Positions 12,481-24,333 of a stretch of DNA of 64,000 bases are shown one piece after another (the first letter of the stretch is position 1; every line of letters begins with the position of its first letter). The stretch is from Pseudogymnoascus verrucosus (lineage: Eukaryota): the NCBI GenBank assembly GCA_001662655.1, contig KV460220.1. One strand, written 5' to 3'. Made by a program: the position numbers and the translations under genes. The notes below the pieces were generated by a model. That model did no database searches. It was not told the origin of the DNA and saw only the letters and a list, made by a program, of their open reading frames with translations.

Positions 12481-13903
12481 ATGCTTCCCACGGTTGAAAA
12501 AGATGCAGGCGTGTCATTATTATCGAGGATCCCTTCAGCGGCCTATGTATTGTGAGTTTATCCTATCGCGCCAAGAAACACGACAGCTCGGCAGAGGATC
12601 TAATAATGCGCGTTAGAAACTGGATCTTCTTCAGCACAATCGTCATTCTTTTCAACAAAAAAATCATCTCAGATTGGGGATTTCGTGAGTGACCCCCCCC
12701 TTTTCCCCCGCGTTGATGCTCAAGCCTAACATTGTCTTAGCCTACCGTACGTCTCCATCCAATTCGAAAGCCAAGCCTACCCCCGAATTACTCTTGGCCA
12801 TGCGAGCTCTAGCTAACGCGCTGTAGCTGTTCTGTTAACATGTTGGCATCTAATATTCGCGACTGTCCTCACGCAGATCCTTGCCCGGACGAGCACAATC
12901 CTTGATGGACGAAAGACTGTTCGGATGACGGGCAAGGTCTACTTTCGCGCCATCGTTCCCATCGGCGTTCTATACTCGCTCAGCTTGGTCTGCAGTAACC
13001 TGACATACCTCTACTTGTCGGTCGCCTTCATCCAGATGCTAAAGGTATGGCTGCGCTGCCGCTCCTTCGAACTATAAAAGGCCCCATCTAATATATATAA
13101 CAGGCTGCAGCACCTGCGAGTGTTCTATTCGTTGGATACGCTTTCGGCACTGACAAGTACGACCTCAAAGTCTTGATCAACATCTGCGCCATCGTTTTCG
13201 GAGTCGGCCTTGCTTCATATGGCGAAATCGACTTCTCTCTTATCGGCTTCATGTACCAGCTTGGTGGTCTCATCTTCGAGTCAATACGCCTTATCATGGT
13301 GCAGAAGCTCCTGACCGGAAAGGCCGACGACCCGAACTCATACAAGATGGATCCATTAGTCAGTCTTTACTACTATGCGCCAGTATGCGCCGTTATGAAT
13401 GTGTTCGTAGCTCTCTTCGTCGAGATGCCCACATTCAAAATGGCAGACCTAGTCCAACTCGGCCCCTGGATTTTGATTGCCAACGCCAGCGCCGCCTTCT
13501 TGTTGAACGTGGCATCAGTGTTCTTGGTATGTTCTCTTCGCGTGCAGGATCTCGGAAGCAAAGTGCTAACATGTAACAGATTGGCAAGACATCGTCTCTG
13601 GTTCTAACTCTATGCGGTGTTATCAAAAACGTCGGCATCGTCGTTCTCTCCGTGATTCTATGGGGAACCATTGTATCCGGCCTCCAATGGCTCGGATATT
13701 CGATTGCAAGTGCTGGACTGGTATACTACAGCCTTGGATACGAAGGCATCATGAATGCTTGCCAGCAAGGACAGACGATGTGGGAATCACGAGGAATGAA
13801 TTACAGAGGGAAGAACCTCACAGTTATCGTTGCTGGTGGCGTCATCACCACATTCCTCCTTTTTGCTTGGTGGAGCAGCGGGTCGGCGGCTCCGCCTGTA
13901 TAG
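12481..13903 (+). CDS. Triose-phosphate/nucleotide-sugar transporter family protein (TPT/DMT superfamily), 6 exons
   Basis: Spliced sequence NWIFFSTIVILFNK...FPYPVLLTCWH...YLYLSVAFIQMLK...KMDPLVSLYYYAPVC...IGKTSSLVLTLCGVIKN. Introns 12552-12616, 12685-12740, 12747-12826, 13045-13103, about 13527-13579. Confidence 0.88.
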
Positions 13904-14641
13904 CTGCCGTGAGAAGGCACATAGGGAGTTCTTGGAGTATACAAGCAGCATGATGATGGAGTACATAGGAATCTCATCAGGCTCCTCATTATGAGTAGAG
14001 TCAAATATGGGTAGAGGTTTTCATGAAGGCGTTCTGGTTTAGGCGGGTCGTCTTGGGTTTCTCATGTATAACCTTGGAAGAAGTATATTAGTCGATAATT
14101 GGGTGCGCGGATAGTTATGGACCTGACATGATGTTTCCAAGGTCCATAGCATATGTTGTACAGTAGTAAACTTCAATTGGACATAGAATTTCACGTGCAA
14201 ATGCTATTTGCATGACGTTTATGAGATTAAGATTAACGGTGCGGAAAGAGGGGATAAATGTCAAAAAGTTATTCATTCAAATGCCTCGGCCTCACTTCAA
14301 AAAAAATACATTTAATGGAAGAGTGTCAAAAGACTTAGCTATAGAAAACAAGCCTCCAAATATATTGGCAACGGCGTCTCCAAATCTCCAAAAACGTCAA
14401 AAAAAGCATTATAGCCTAATATATCAGGTTGCCGATCCCCACAAAACCATTCCCGGTGGATCCCCCCAAAGTCCGTCACGCAACCTCGGCTCACACCCCT
14501 CGGTATCTCCCCGTCGGCCTTCAATGTGAAAGAAACGGCATCGACGGCATAAAACCACGACCTCTCCCGCCCCAACCCCATCCCCCTTCCTCCCCAAACC
14601 CAACCCACACCATCCAACACCCCATCCACAAATCCCCAACC

Positions 14642-15405
14642 ATGGCCGCCATCGACGCCCTCGTCTACCACCCCGCGCTCGCGCACTACCTCCGCTTTGT
14701 CGCCACCACCGTCGGCCGCGACAAGCTCCTCCGCACCATCCAGTACTTCTCGCGCTTCTACGCGTGGTACCTTTACCGCACCAATGCCACCCCCGCGGCC
14801 ATCAAGCCCTTCGAGGCCATCAAGAAGCAGTTCGGACTCGTGCGCAAGGCCATGCGCCTCGGCAAGAACATCGAGCACTTCAAGAACGCCAAGGTGGCTG
14901 CGGATCGCAAGGATCTCGACCCCGTGCTCAAGTATACGGCTGTCGGACGCCAGCTCGGGTACGGTGCGTACTTGACGCTTGATGCGGCTGCGTTCCTGGA
15001 TGCGGCGGGCATCAGGCCGACCCCGAATGCGAAGAATATTACGAGGAATTCGCAGAAGGCGTGGTTGACGGGACTGAGCTTCAGCGTTGTTAGCGGATTG
15101 TATACGCTGTGGGCGCTGAAGGATAGAGAGGCGAGGTTGGATAAGAAGGATGGTGAGAGCGTGGTTGAGGGCAAGAAGATCCAGCGGTGAGTTTACCCGT
15201 TCCTTGAATCTGAGATATTTTTGTACTGATTATTTGTGTTAGCGAACGTGCTGCGATCCAGCTCCAACTGTTCTCCGACTGCTGCGACTTGGTTATGCCA
15301 ACCTCGAGTTTGGGATGGACTGGATTCGATGACGGAATTATCGGTATTGCTGGAACCACCAGTTCGCTGATTGGTCTCTACGGCGCGTGGAAGAAGACGG
15401 CTTAG
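14642..15405 (+). CDS. PEX11: Peroxisomal biogenesis factor 11, 2 exons
   Basis: Motifs FVATTVGRDKLLRTIQYFSRF, RKAMRLGKNIEH, C-terminal DDGIIGIAGTTSSLIGLYGAWKKTA. Intron 15187-15242. Confidence 0.92.
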
Positions 15406-15748
15406 GTGGATGGAGAGTGGAGATGGGAGGGTGATTGTGCATAACGCGGTTGATGATGTGTAGAATATATGGTGTAGTGTTCCCTATTTATTGCAAGAAT
15501 GACAAAATCTATATCCCAATCGCTCGAATTGGGCTAGGTGCGTTGCGTTGTGCTTAATTTTGATACAACCTACAGCTTCTCCTACATACTACAATCTAGA
15601 GGCCATACAATCCACTCATACATCGTTGACGGGCCATCGCTATAAAATCAATAGCACAGGGTATCGCAGCCACACAGGCAAAGCTCTCAGTCCTTTCCAA
15701 GCACTCATACCAAACAACAATGCCAAGCCAAACAGCCAGGTTACCCTC

Positions 15749-16737
15749 TTAGATAGTTCGGCTTCCGCGCCAACTCGAATAATTCTCCGCCTCAGCCAAG
15801 GACATGCTTCCGAATTGCGGCCTCCAGTGGCTTCGTGGCGTTCGTTCTGCTGCCGCCGTTTCACTGGGTGCCACGTCTTCAGTCTTCTCAGTGTTGGCAT
15901 GCTGGTTATCAGATCCGCCGCCTCGATATGTCAGAGCCTCCTCTGCCTCAACGACGTTTGTTTCTGCCGGTGCTTCCGTCTCCCCCTCGATGGCATTCGC
16001 TCTCTCATCTTCTGTTTCTACTGGCTCTTGTTCTGGTGACAACACCTCGGAATTCTCGGGACCTTCTGTACTACTCCACGTTTGGGCCCAAGGGTTGGCG
16101 GTCATAGCCCTCTGTTCGGCCATAGCTCTCTGCTCCGTGATAGCTCTCTGCTCAGTAACAGCGATCATCTGTTGCGTCTCTGCTATCTTCTCTATGATGC
16201 TAACACCACCCATCAGCACAGATCAACCAGCTCCAAAATCACACCAAGACTCACATATTCATCGCCACCAACCTAGCCCTACAATGCCCATCAAATCTCA
16301 CCACACTCGCCAACTCATTCCGCACCTCCTCCTCCATAACCACGCTCCACATCGATTTGTCCAGCCCCACCATCGCCTCCAAGATAGCGGCCAGCGTGCT
16401 CCTGCCCTTACTATTCATCTCGATAATGTTAGTGAGAACGAGTTTCGTCTCCTCGACCGCCACGACTTTGCTATAGGCGTCTCCGTAGTGGAAAGCGGTG
16501 TTTTTGAGTAGCGCGAGCTCGTAGGCTGTTTGCATGCACCATGTTGCGCGTTCCTCGTGGCTGACGTTGCAGAGGCGGAAGGGACGTGGTACTGTGGGCG
16601 GATGTCAGTGATGAAGAGGTAGGTTATGGGGCGTTGGGCAACTTACCGGCGAGAGGTGGCAAGGTGGCTGGATCGGCGCGAGGTGGAGCTTGGTATGGGT
16701 GTGCGTGGTAAGAGTACGGATCTGGTTCTTGCTCCAT
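15749..16737 (-). CDS. Hypothetical protein (about 290 aa, 3 exons) with a short TEQRA(I/M) repeat and acidic tail
   Basis: ATG at 16737. Canonical introns 16646-16592 (GTAAGT..CAG) and 16254-16200 (GTGAGT..TAG) join ORFs 16251-16535 and 15749-16219 in frame. No family recognised. Confidence 0.55.
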
Positions 16738-17235
16738 GGTTGATTGGTTGTTTGTGAAGCCAGTGTTTGCTGGTTGTTGGAGTGGCAGAGTGGTCTTTGA
16801 GTGTTGCTAAGTTTCCTCTAGTGATATGTATTGTTGTGATGTGTCGGGGACATTTCACGGACTTCACATTTGGGTGAAATGTTTCTCGGGACCGTCAGAG
16901 TGTGCAATAATGCTGGCATTGTTTTGTACAGACGCCTGCTGAGAAGTGAATCCCGGCCAATAGAGATGAAGATGGACGTCGAAGTGATGCAGTAATCCCA
17001 AGCGCCCTTTGAGAATTCAGGCTCAAAATAGTTTGATAAGAACGTCAGTATCCAGAAATTTGCTTATTTAAAATATAGTTTCACAAGACTTCTGTGGTTG
17101 ACGTTGAGTATTGGGGCTAGAATTTAAGAAATGCACGGGACACCTTTAACCATTGAGGAAGGAGCTCAGCAGAGTGCAAAGAGAACACTCAGGCCTAACA
17201 AATATGGTATAAAGATGCACAAACAAAATGTCTAT

Positions 17236-18207
17236 TTATTCCTTTACTGCAATAACCCACGTCACATATCCAAGGGGTTCAGTATGCATATCACGACCAC
17301 CTCTTATGCTCCACCCATCCATATCCCCTCCTGACGTTTTCAAGAGCGAACACAGCTCGTCTGCTGTCCTCGTACGCAGCGACGATACGTAGCCGTCAAA
17401 CACGACTACAAAAGGTATAATAGGAATAACGTAAGTAAAAAAGAGGTGTCCGGGTGATCTCCAAAAGTAGAACGGGGTAATGAAGAAGAAAAGAAGTCCC
17501 ATGAGGGTTATCATGAGGAGTGATGGAGGTGTCCGCTCAGAGAGCTCGAAGATGCTAGATCATGTCAGCTAGTACACTCTCATATCACTGGGTGGAATAG
17601 ATACCCAAAGCCATCAGAAGTCTCCAGCGTGTTCTTGAGTATTTCGCGGCCGAGGCTATCATCAAAATGGTGGAATGCGAGGTTAAACATGCGGAAGACC
17701 TTCTTCCCGTCGCCCAATATCAAGTCAGCCGGCGCATTCGTAGCATCGACGGGTTTCGGAACAAATGTCAGATTCTTGCTTTTGCTGCAAGCCTCTTTCC
17801 AGTCCGCAATGTGAGGGTATAGGTCGGTCATTACAAATTTGACCGGTTGGTTGAGCTCGCTGTTGGCTGAGGATGATTTTGATTTTGCCAATTTCAGGTT
17901 CAATTCCCGTTCAATACAGGGAGTTGGACCACCACCACCTGCGCAAAAGTCGATATATGTATATTTAGTGACTGATTTGTCAAGGGTATTGTAAAGAATG
18001 CTCGAGACGACCTGCGCCGGTGAGTGCTTTTGCATGATTGGCATTCGGAAATTCCAGGCAACTGTGAGGCATGATTGGACCTTCCTCATGAAGTATTCAG
18101 GGAACCTGTTCCTCAATATTAACAGTGAGAAATATGGTTGACAGGGCATAATACCATGGCTGGTCAGTTATTTCGTAGAACTGAATCCGAGGAGATATTA
18201 TAACCAT
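17236..18207 (-). CDS. Putative class I SAM-dependent methyltransferase-like protein, 3 exons
   Basis: Exon 1 MVIISPRIQFYEITDQPW. Motif I YIDFCAGGGGP, MTDLYP, VDAT, NLAFHHF. Hydrophobic C-terminus ending DGYVSSLRTR. Introns about 18154-18107 and 17603-17556. Confidence 0.7.
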
Positions 18208-18647
18208 ATTGCTGGGCAATCGGGGGGGGGTGTTTGTGATTTAAAAAAAGTGAATTAATATCTCGCAATTATGATCCAGAGGACAGCAACCGAAGAGTGC
18301 AAATGCGTGCCAATGAGGTGACTATGCCTAATTCAATAAATCACTCGCTTTTGAGATAAAGTGAGGCGAGGCTATTGGTGTTACCTGACCTGACAGGTTA
18401 GATAGCCGCCCGGGTAGCCAGCCTCGTCACGGTCGTTGCGTCATTGTGAACCCCAAAGAGCTAAGCTTTCGGGAGCGCTTACCCAATTTGTGTCTTGACA
18501 GCCTCGCCCCTGACCTTCCTCTTCACACTGAAACGATTCTCTCAACATCCAGCTTGTTACACGAAATACTATATGTGACAATGAAGTGATAATTTGTATA
18601 TGACCATTCAGACGTTGGACAATAAACCGACAGGTCACATCTAAATA

Positions 18648-20249
18648 ATGAGTGCCCTGATTATTTGTGCAATATTGTTATTTTTGAGCGTTTTTATTTT
18701 TTTCGGCCAGTCTCCAAAACTTAGACGTAATGGAAAACCATTGAGGTATGTACATACTATTATTTCCTATTGTCTCCTAGAATACCTTCGTTTCTTCTCC
18801 TGCTGGGTGCACAGATTATGGAATATGTGCTGAATCTAATCTAGGAAACCTTTGGACACGTTGCCTTTCGCCGGCAACGTATTCCGTTTCTTTCAGAACC
18901 GACAGGAGCTGTTCTCCTGGTTTACAAGTTGTGAGCGGTCATTCGGCTTTGAGACATTCCAGATCTCAGTCCCAACCTTACCGCCAGGAGTGGTGATTAA
19001 TGATCCCAAAAATCTGGACTTCGTATTCAGAAATGAGGCCACATTCAGCAAAGGCGAATTTTTCAAATCCAGGTCCTCAGATCTCTTTGGCCACGGAATT
19101 ATCAACGCCGATGGTGAGCTATGGAAAGTTCAGCGCAAAGCCGGCCTTCAGTTCTTGAATAATGCGAATCTCAAGGTACTCGCAGAGGTTGCTCTACCCC
19201 GTGACTTACATACGACCGTCAGGGAACTCTACGACATGGATGTGAACAAGCCGGTTGACTTGGAGGCGGTGCTCTTATCACTCACCACTAAATTGATGGG
19301 CCGTGTGGCGTACGACATGGACATGAGCTCAGCCGAAGACTTTTCACAGGCCTTTGAGTACGCATCCAGTGCTACTGGCCGGCGGTTCCAGAATCCGTTG
19401 TGGCGCGTGACCGAGCCCATTATCGCCCGCAAGCTCAAGAAATCTCTTGCGACGGTAAAGAAGTTTGGTCAAGATATTGTGGCAAATTCCGTGGAAAAGA
19501 GAAGCAATAAAGACGAGAAAGCAGATGGTAGGCTTGCTGGAATATCTGGAAGCCTGATCAATGCGCTTCTCGATGCAATCCCAGACCATGAAGTAGTGGC
19601 CGATGCCGCTCTCAACTACCTTTCCGCTGGCCGAGATACGACTGCTCAAGGGCTCACATGGGCCTTTTACACTCTAATTCGACACCCGCATGTTGTCTCT
19701 CTGATTCGACGAGAAATAGAAGCCGAGGGGGCTGAGGATGCACTTACGGCGGATCCCTGGGCAGATGACTATGAGAGCCTCCGCCCAAACTCTCTGCCGT
19801 ACACAACGGCGGTGTTCTACGAAGTTCTCAGACTCTACCCACCCGTACCCTTCGAGATGAAGCAATGCCAAACAGACACAACACTCCCAGATGGGACATT
19901 CCTGCCAAAATCTTCAATTGTCCTTTGGTGTCCATGGGCCATAAATAGGTCAGAACGTATATGGGGGGAGGACGCGGAGAAGTTTCTACCAGAGCGCTGG
20001 CTACAAGATGGGAAACTATTGATGAAAAGCCAGTCTGAATACCCAGTCTTCAATGGAGGCGCGCGAGTTTGCTTGGGAAAGAAAATGGCGGAGTCGATAT
20101 CTGTGATGGTGATTGCGAAGCTGGTTTTGTTCTTTGACTTTGAGGATTGCGAGGGAGGCTACAGGTTCAGTAGGAATAGCCTTACGCTCCCTATGAAAGG
20201 CGGGTTACCTGTTTGGGCTCGTGCTAGAAGAAGAGCAGCAGATATGTAA
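18648..20249 (+). CDS. Cytochrome P450 (fatty-acid hydroxylase-like, CYP52/CYP86-clan style), 2 exons
   Basis: N-terminal TM anchor, I-helix AGRDTT, ExxR (EVLR), PERW, heme motif FNGGARVCLG. Intron 18746-18844. Confidence 0.92.
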
Positions 20250-20284
20250 ACAGGATTGTATTATTTTTATATATAGATCATATT

Positions 20285-22714
20285 TTACTCAGGAACAAAG
20301 CCTCCACCCTCATCTTCCGGGAAGAAACCACCTGCTTCATCCATATCATACTCCTCGCTCTGCATACCTTCGTCGTCGTCCTGTACATACTCATCCCCCT
20401 TTTCCTCCCCCTCAATCTCGTACGCATCAATGCGCTCCTTGATCCGAAGCCCAACCATAAACCGCTTCCACATCCGCAAAGCGGCGATGGAGCGCCGTTC
20501 TTCTTTCGCATGCCACTCGTCGTCCTTGAAGCCCTGTATTACAGCCTCAGTAGCATCCTGGTACTCCGATGCAATAACAACACCTTTGATGATGGCCGTA
20601 CCCTGGCGCCCGCGAAACTCAAAGCCTGTCACGGCATCTGAGTAGCTAATACCAAGAAGTCGAGCCGCCCGAGCCGCATCTGGGTACGGCAAATGCACTC
20701 CCCCTTTGGGGACCATGCTCTCAACGTAAACATCTAAATTACCATACACGTTCTTCGGAACGCGCCCGTCAACCACAGGAGGTGCTTCATACAACACTGT
20801 TTGGTCTTCAGTGTAGAGAGCCACATCACCCGGCTCGTCATCGTCATTTGCGATTCTCCTCGCTGCGCGCGACTTCATTGGTTGTTCGCCAACCTTCACC
20901 TCCCTGCCGAGTCGGTACCAGCCATCTGCACTCCTAACGGCCTTAACGTCGCTCCGTCGATAGACACTCTCGAGCTTCTTCCCCTTTCCACCCACAGAAT
21001 TAGCATCGCGTCCAGAAGCCACTTTCCCAATCTCATGTGGATTCACGAGGACTTCATTGCGTCGCAAATCACGCTCGAGGACATATCGCGGATGGCCCTT
21101 GAAATCAGCTATGCTTGTTGGCATCGGCTCCCTGCCTTCAATGGTTTGGAGCTCAATGTCTTCGATTTGATCTAGGTCTGTTTGAAAACCCCTCGAGTAG
21201 AATTTCATTGTTCGACGTAGCCATTTTGGTCCCCCGTCCGTAGATTCCACGCGGGCTTTACGCACTTTGGCGGAATACCACTTGGTATACCGACGAGTGA
21301 CGTCGCGAACGGCCCCATCCTCTTCAAAGGCAAACACATAAGTCATTGTATTCTCAGCGTCTACCGCTGGTGGTTCGAAAACGGATGGTTTATTGATGGT
21401 TCCAGTGACGAGGGGGTCGACTGGCATCCACTTCTGATGCGCCTCGTCCAAGACTTCGACCCAGAATACTGGATATGGAGATTCGATTATGCGTCTCTGT
21501 TTGGGTTTCGGGGGAGGAGGCCGGCGCGGAGGAGTTGCGTCGGGAATGTGGTAGTCTGCCACGTTTGGGTGGCCGAGTCGTCTGCGTGCCGAGAATGGCG
21601 CACCGGAGGCTCGGCTCGCGAAAGGAGATGTCGGGCTGGCTATGTTCATGGCTTCACTGTCGCTAGTAGGAGTAGTTGGTGTTATAGGCCTGGGGGTGGA
21701 CACCCCTTGAGGCGGAGGTCTTGTTTTTGTCGATGATGCGTTGATAGGAAGTAACTGAAGAGAGCATACCAATCGTACATCGAGACCAGCGCCGCGTAAG
21801 AGCGCACAGTATAGCTGTGCCCCGGTGTCACGAGAACCCTCCATATTCTTTGCCCCGAGCTTGAAGTCTGACTTATCGAGGACACGGTCAGCATCCGGGG
21901 GAAGAACGAAGTCTGAAATCCGCCCATCTTCATCCCAGTACGCTCGCCTCATCCCTCTCGATGTGATTTTAAAATTGGTCAGCCAGATGTTCCCAGCGAT
22001 TTCCAATCCTTTCTTTATCGACTCTGCCCTACGGAACTGCGTCCACTCAGGTTTGGTTTTGAACCATTGGCGGTCTTTCTCACGTAGAAGAGGCTTAAGA
22101 ATGCCTTGAACTTCGGCATCATTGCACCACTCGTTTCGTCGCTCTATGTATCGAGAGAGACATAACAGATGCATTTTATGGGTCATCAAATGCGAAGCAC
22201 GCTCTTCCTTCGTGTATGTCCGCCCTTTCTTCCTAGGCGTCCTCTGGGGCGCCTCGATCCGCCTGGTTAGGGTGAGATCTATATGTTGGTCGTCATCCCG
22301 TTCATCCTCATCGGCCCCACCAACGCCATGTTGGAAGGGGTCGGAATATAACCCAACGTCCTCAAAGGTAGCATCATCCGAGTCCGAGCCCGAGTCGGAG
22401 TTGTACACAGTTTGCGCTGCTGGCGGCAAAACATCCTCGAAATCTTCCTCGCCGCTCTCCTGCTCTTCGTCGACACCCTCGTCGCGGTTTTCATGCTCCT
22501 CACCAATGTCCTCGTGGTGACTTTCCAATGTTTGTCTTGTCCTCCTGCGCTTCGGTGGACGGTCTATCGAGTCATGGTCATTCGAGAGAGCTTCTGATAT
22601 CATATCCTGATATACCTCAGGGACATCAGGTATCCGACTCGACCTTTGCCTGTGACTCACGGATGCACCGGACCGTGGAGCAGCACCTCCACGGGCCGCG
22701 TTACGCTTGGCCAT
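20285..22714 (-). CDS. RAD4: Nucleotide-excision-repair protein Rad4/XPC
   Basis: HKMHLLCL, GSRDTGAQLYCALLR, transglutaminase-like FWVEV...DVTRRY, BHD domains HPRYVLERDLRRNE and VPKNVYGNLDVY...AVTGFEF. Confidence 0.95.
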   Translation of the reverse strand: MAKRNAARGGAAPRSGASVSHRQRSSRIPDVPEVYQDMISEALSNDHDSIDRPPKRRRTRQTLESHHEDIGEEHENRDEGVDEEQESGEEDFEDVLPPAAQTVYNSDSGSDSDDATFEDVGLYSDPFQHGVGGADEDERDDDQHIDLTLTRRIEAPQRTPRKKGRTYTKEERASHLMTHKMHLLCLSRYIERRNEWCNDAEVQGILKPLLREKDRQWFKTKPEWTQFRRAESIKKGLEIAGNIWLTNFKITSRGMRRAYWDEDGRISDFVLPPDADRVLDKSDFKLGAKNMEGSRDTGAQLYCALLRGAGLDVRLVCSLQLLPINASSTKTRPPPQGVSTPRPITPTTPTSDSEAMNIASPTSPFASRASGAPFSARRRLGHPNVADYHIPDATPPRRPPPPKPKQRRIIESPYPVFWVEVLDEAHQKWMPVDPLVTGTINKPSVFEPPAVDAENTMTYVFAFEEDGAVRDVTRRYTKWYSAKVRKARVESTDGGPKWLRRTMKFYSRGFQTDLDQIEDIELQTIEGREPMPTSIADFKGHPRYVLERDLRRNEVLVNPHEIGKVASGRDANSVGGKGKKLESVYRRSDVKAVRSADGWYRLGREVKVGEQPMKSRAARRIANDDDEPGDVALYTEDQTVLYEAPPVVDGRVPKNVYGNLDVYVESMVPKGGVHLPYPDAARAARLLGISYSDAVTGFEFRGRQGTAIIKGVVIASEYQDATEAVIQGFKDDEWHAKEERRSIAALRMWKRFMVGLRIKERIDAYEIEGEEKGDEYVQDDDEGMQSEEYDMDEAGGFFPEDEGGGFVPE

Positions 22715-23569
22715 AGCGAGAACTGTAGCTTCTTCAAAAGCTCCTTCAACTTTCTGGTGATCCTGTAGACCTATGCGCTCTCATCTCGAGCTTGAATAGC
22801 CCACAGCTTGGTTCAGCGCAAAAAGTATATCGCCGATTTGTATATCAGGTCCAGCCTGGTAAAATCTGTAGCAAGCTAGTTCATTATATCAAATATGATT
22901 CCAAGACCAAGCGAAAGGCGGCAACTCATGTGACTGGATTGTCAGGATTTAAATCTGTACCCCGCTGCCTGCCTGGATGTGACACTGGTGTCGGCACTGG
23001 GCGAAACTAGAGCGGATATGATTTGTATTTCATAGACTTGCCAATGTGAATATAGCTATCAAGATAAAATAAATATGACGACAACGATGATTGCGATGGT
23101 GCCTGGTAGAAGATGCTGAGGGTCATCGGGATGTAGTTGGTAAGCGAGATTACGCGAATATCGAGGGAAAAAAAAGTATTGAGAGTCAAAAAAAGGAAGG
23201 CAAGAGCGAAGGAAGAACGATGAACAAACGGCAAGAGCAATCTTCGAATAGTAAGATCGTATTGTAAGAGTAAATACACATAGGAAAATAAAAACAAAAG
23301 CCCAAAAAATTGGTAGCTTCTCTTTGATTGAGCGTGTCATCCTTAGTGCAGGGGCCATGCTAATCTTCTCTGTACTATTGAACCGTTAGCATTTGTTATA
23401 GTTTGAAATCACATGACAGGGGAACGTACTCGTTTCAAATTGACCAAAGTGCCCGAAGGCAAATTGTTTTGAGTTATTTGGGTTGATAGGGGTGTATTCA
23501 GAGAGTCCGGCTACTCAAAATCATATGTTATGGGGATAATAGATTTTGAAGCTTTATATAAAAATACTT

Positions 23570-23840
23570 TTAACTACGTTTTGCGCAAATTGGCTTTGAA
23601 GTACTAAGATTTGCGCCCTCACCTTTGTAAAAGGACTTTTTACACCCTATTCTTCTTGCGCAAATGTACTTTAGAGTACTAAGTTTTGCGCACTCTCATA
23701 GCAAAAGGACTTTTAAGATCCTATACTTTTGCGGATATTTGATTTCGAGTACTAAGTTTTGCGCATTTCCATAGCAAAAGGACTTTGAACAAACCATACG
23801 TTTTGCGCATATTTGCTTTAGAGTACTAAGTTTTACCCAG
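23570..23840. repeat. Degenerate tandem repeat, about 74-bp unit, about 4 copies, in an AT-rich island
   Basis: Anchor AGTACTAAG at 23600, 23675, 23748 and 23822 (spacing 75/73/74), with recurring TTTTGCGCA and AAAAGGACTTT. Confidence 0.85.
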
Positions 23841-23897
23841 TTTTAGCTACTCTCATTACTACCCGTACCGCCTAAAAGTCTAAAGAGATATATATAG

Positions 23898-23980
23898 ATG
23901 TTAGTAGTGGTGACAGCAACTGCAGATGGTGTGGGTGATTACAGCAACTATAGATGGCAGTAGTGATTACAGCGACCGTA
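23898..23980. repeat. Degenerate tandem repeat, about 27-28-bp unit, about 3 copies
   Basis: GTG(A/G)T(T/G)ACAGC(A/G)AC...AGATGG recurs three times. Confidence 0.65.
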
Positions 23981-24168
23981 ATTAAACCAGACTCTTTCAA
24001 TTAGTAGGGGCATTGTTGTCACATTAGTTACTCAAGAATACAGATATGGATATAAATACTATTAACTTTAATTACTGACATCGATCCTCAGCTATGAACA
24101 GTACAGTACGGTCTCTCTCTGGGCTTTTGGGCGGGGACAGGTACTGCACATGACGTCGGCTTGGTCCC

Positions 24169-24222
24169 TGTCGCGTAAATTACCTTAATTACCGCACGCG
24201 TCTCCCAAACCAGCGACGCGAC
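24169..24222. promoter_or_regulatory. Cluster of MCB-like (ACGCG core) elements upstream of the 24334 gene
   Basis: TCGCGT at 24171, ACGCGT at 24196 and ACGCGA at 24216, within about 50 bp and 110-165 bp before the ATG. Confidence 0.45.
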
Positions 24223-24333
24223 TGCCGCCTACGAAGAAATACCGATTTTGCTACGACCTGGGGATGCGCTTCTCGGAAACGAGTTATACGCAACAAAATA
24301 CCTGCACTATTGGCAGCTCCAAATATCTATAAC

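Noticed and set aside
14429..14641. In-frame upstream extension of PEX11
   Set aside because: Non-ATG start in a low-complexity C-rich leader. The family N-terminus begins at 14642.
23007..23358. Hydrophobic 96-99 aa ORFs as genuine membrane proteins
   Set aside because: The hydrophobicity is explained by T-rich composition on that strand, and two overlapping frames look equally plausible.
23570..23840. 74-bp repeat array considered as CRISPR-like
   Set aside because: Whole units are similar to each other with no unique spacers, there are no cas genes, and the context is eukaryotic.
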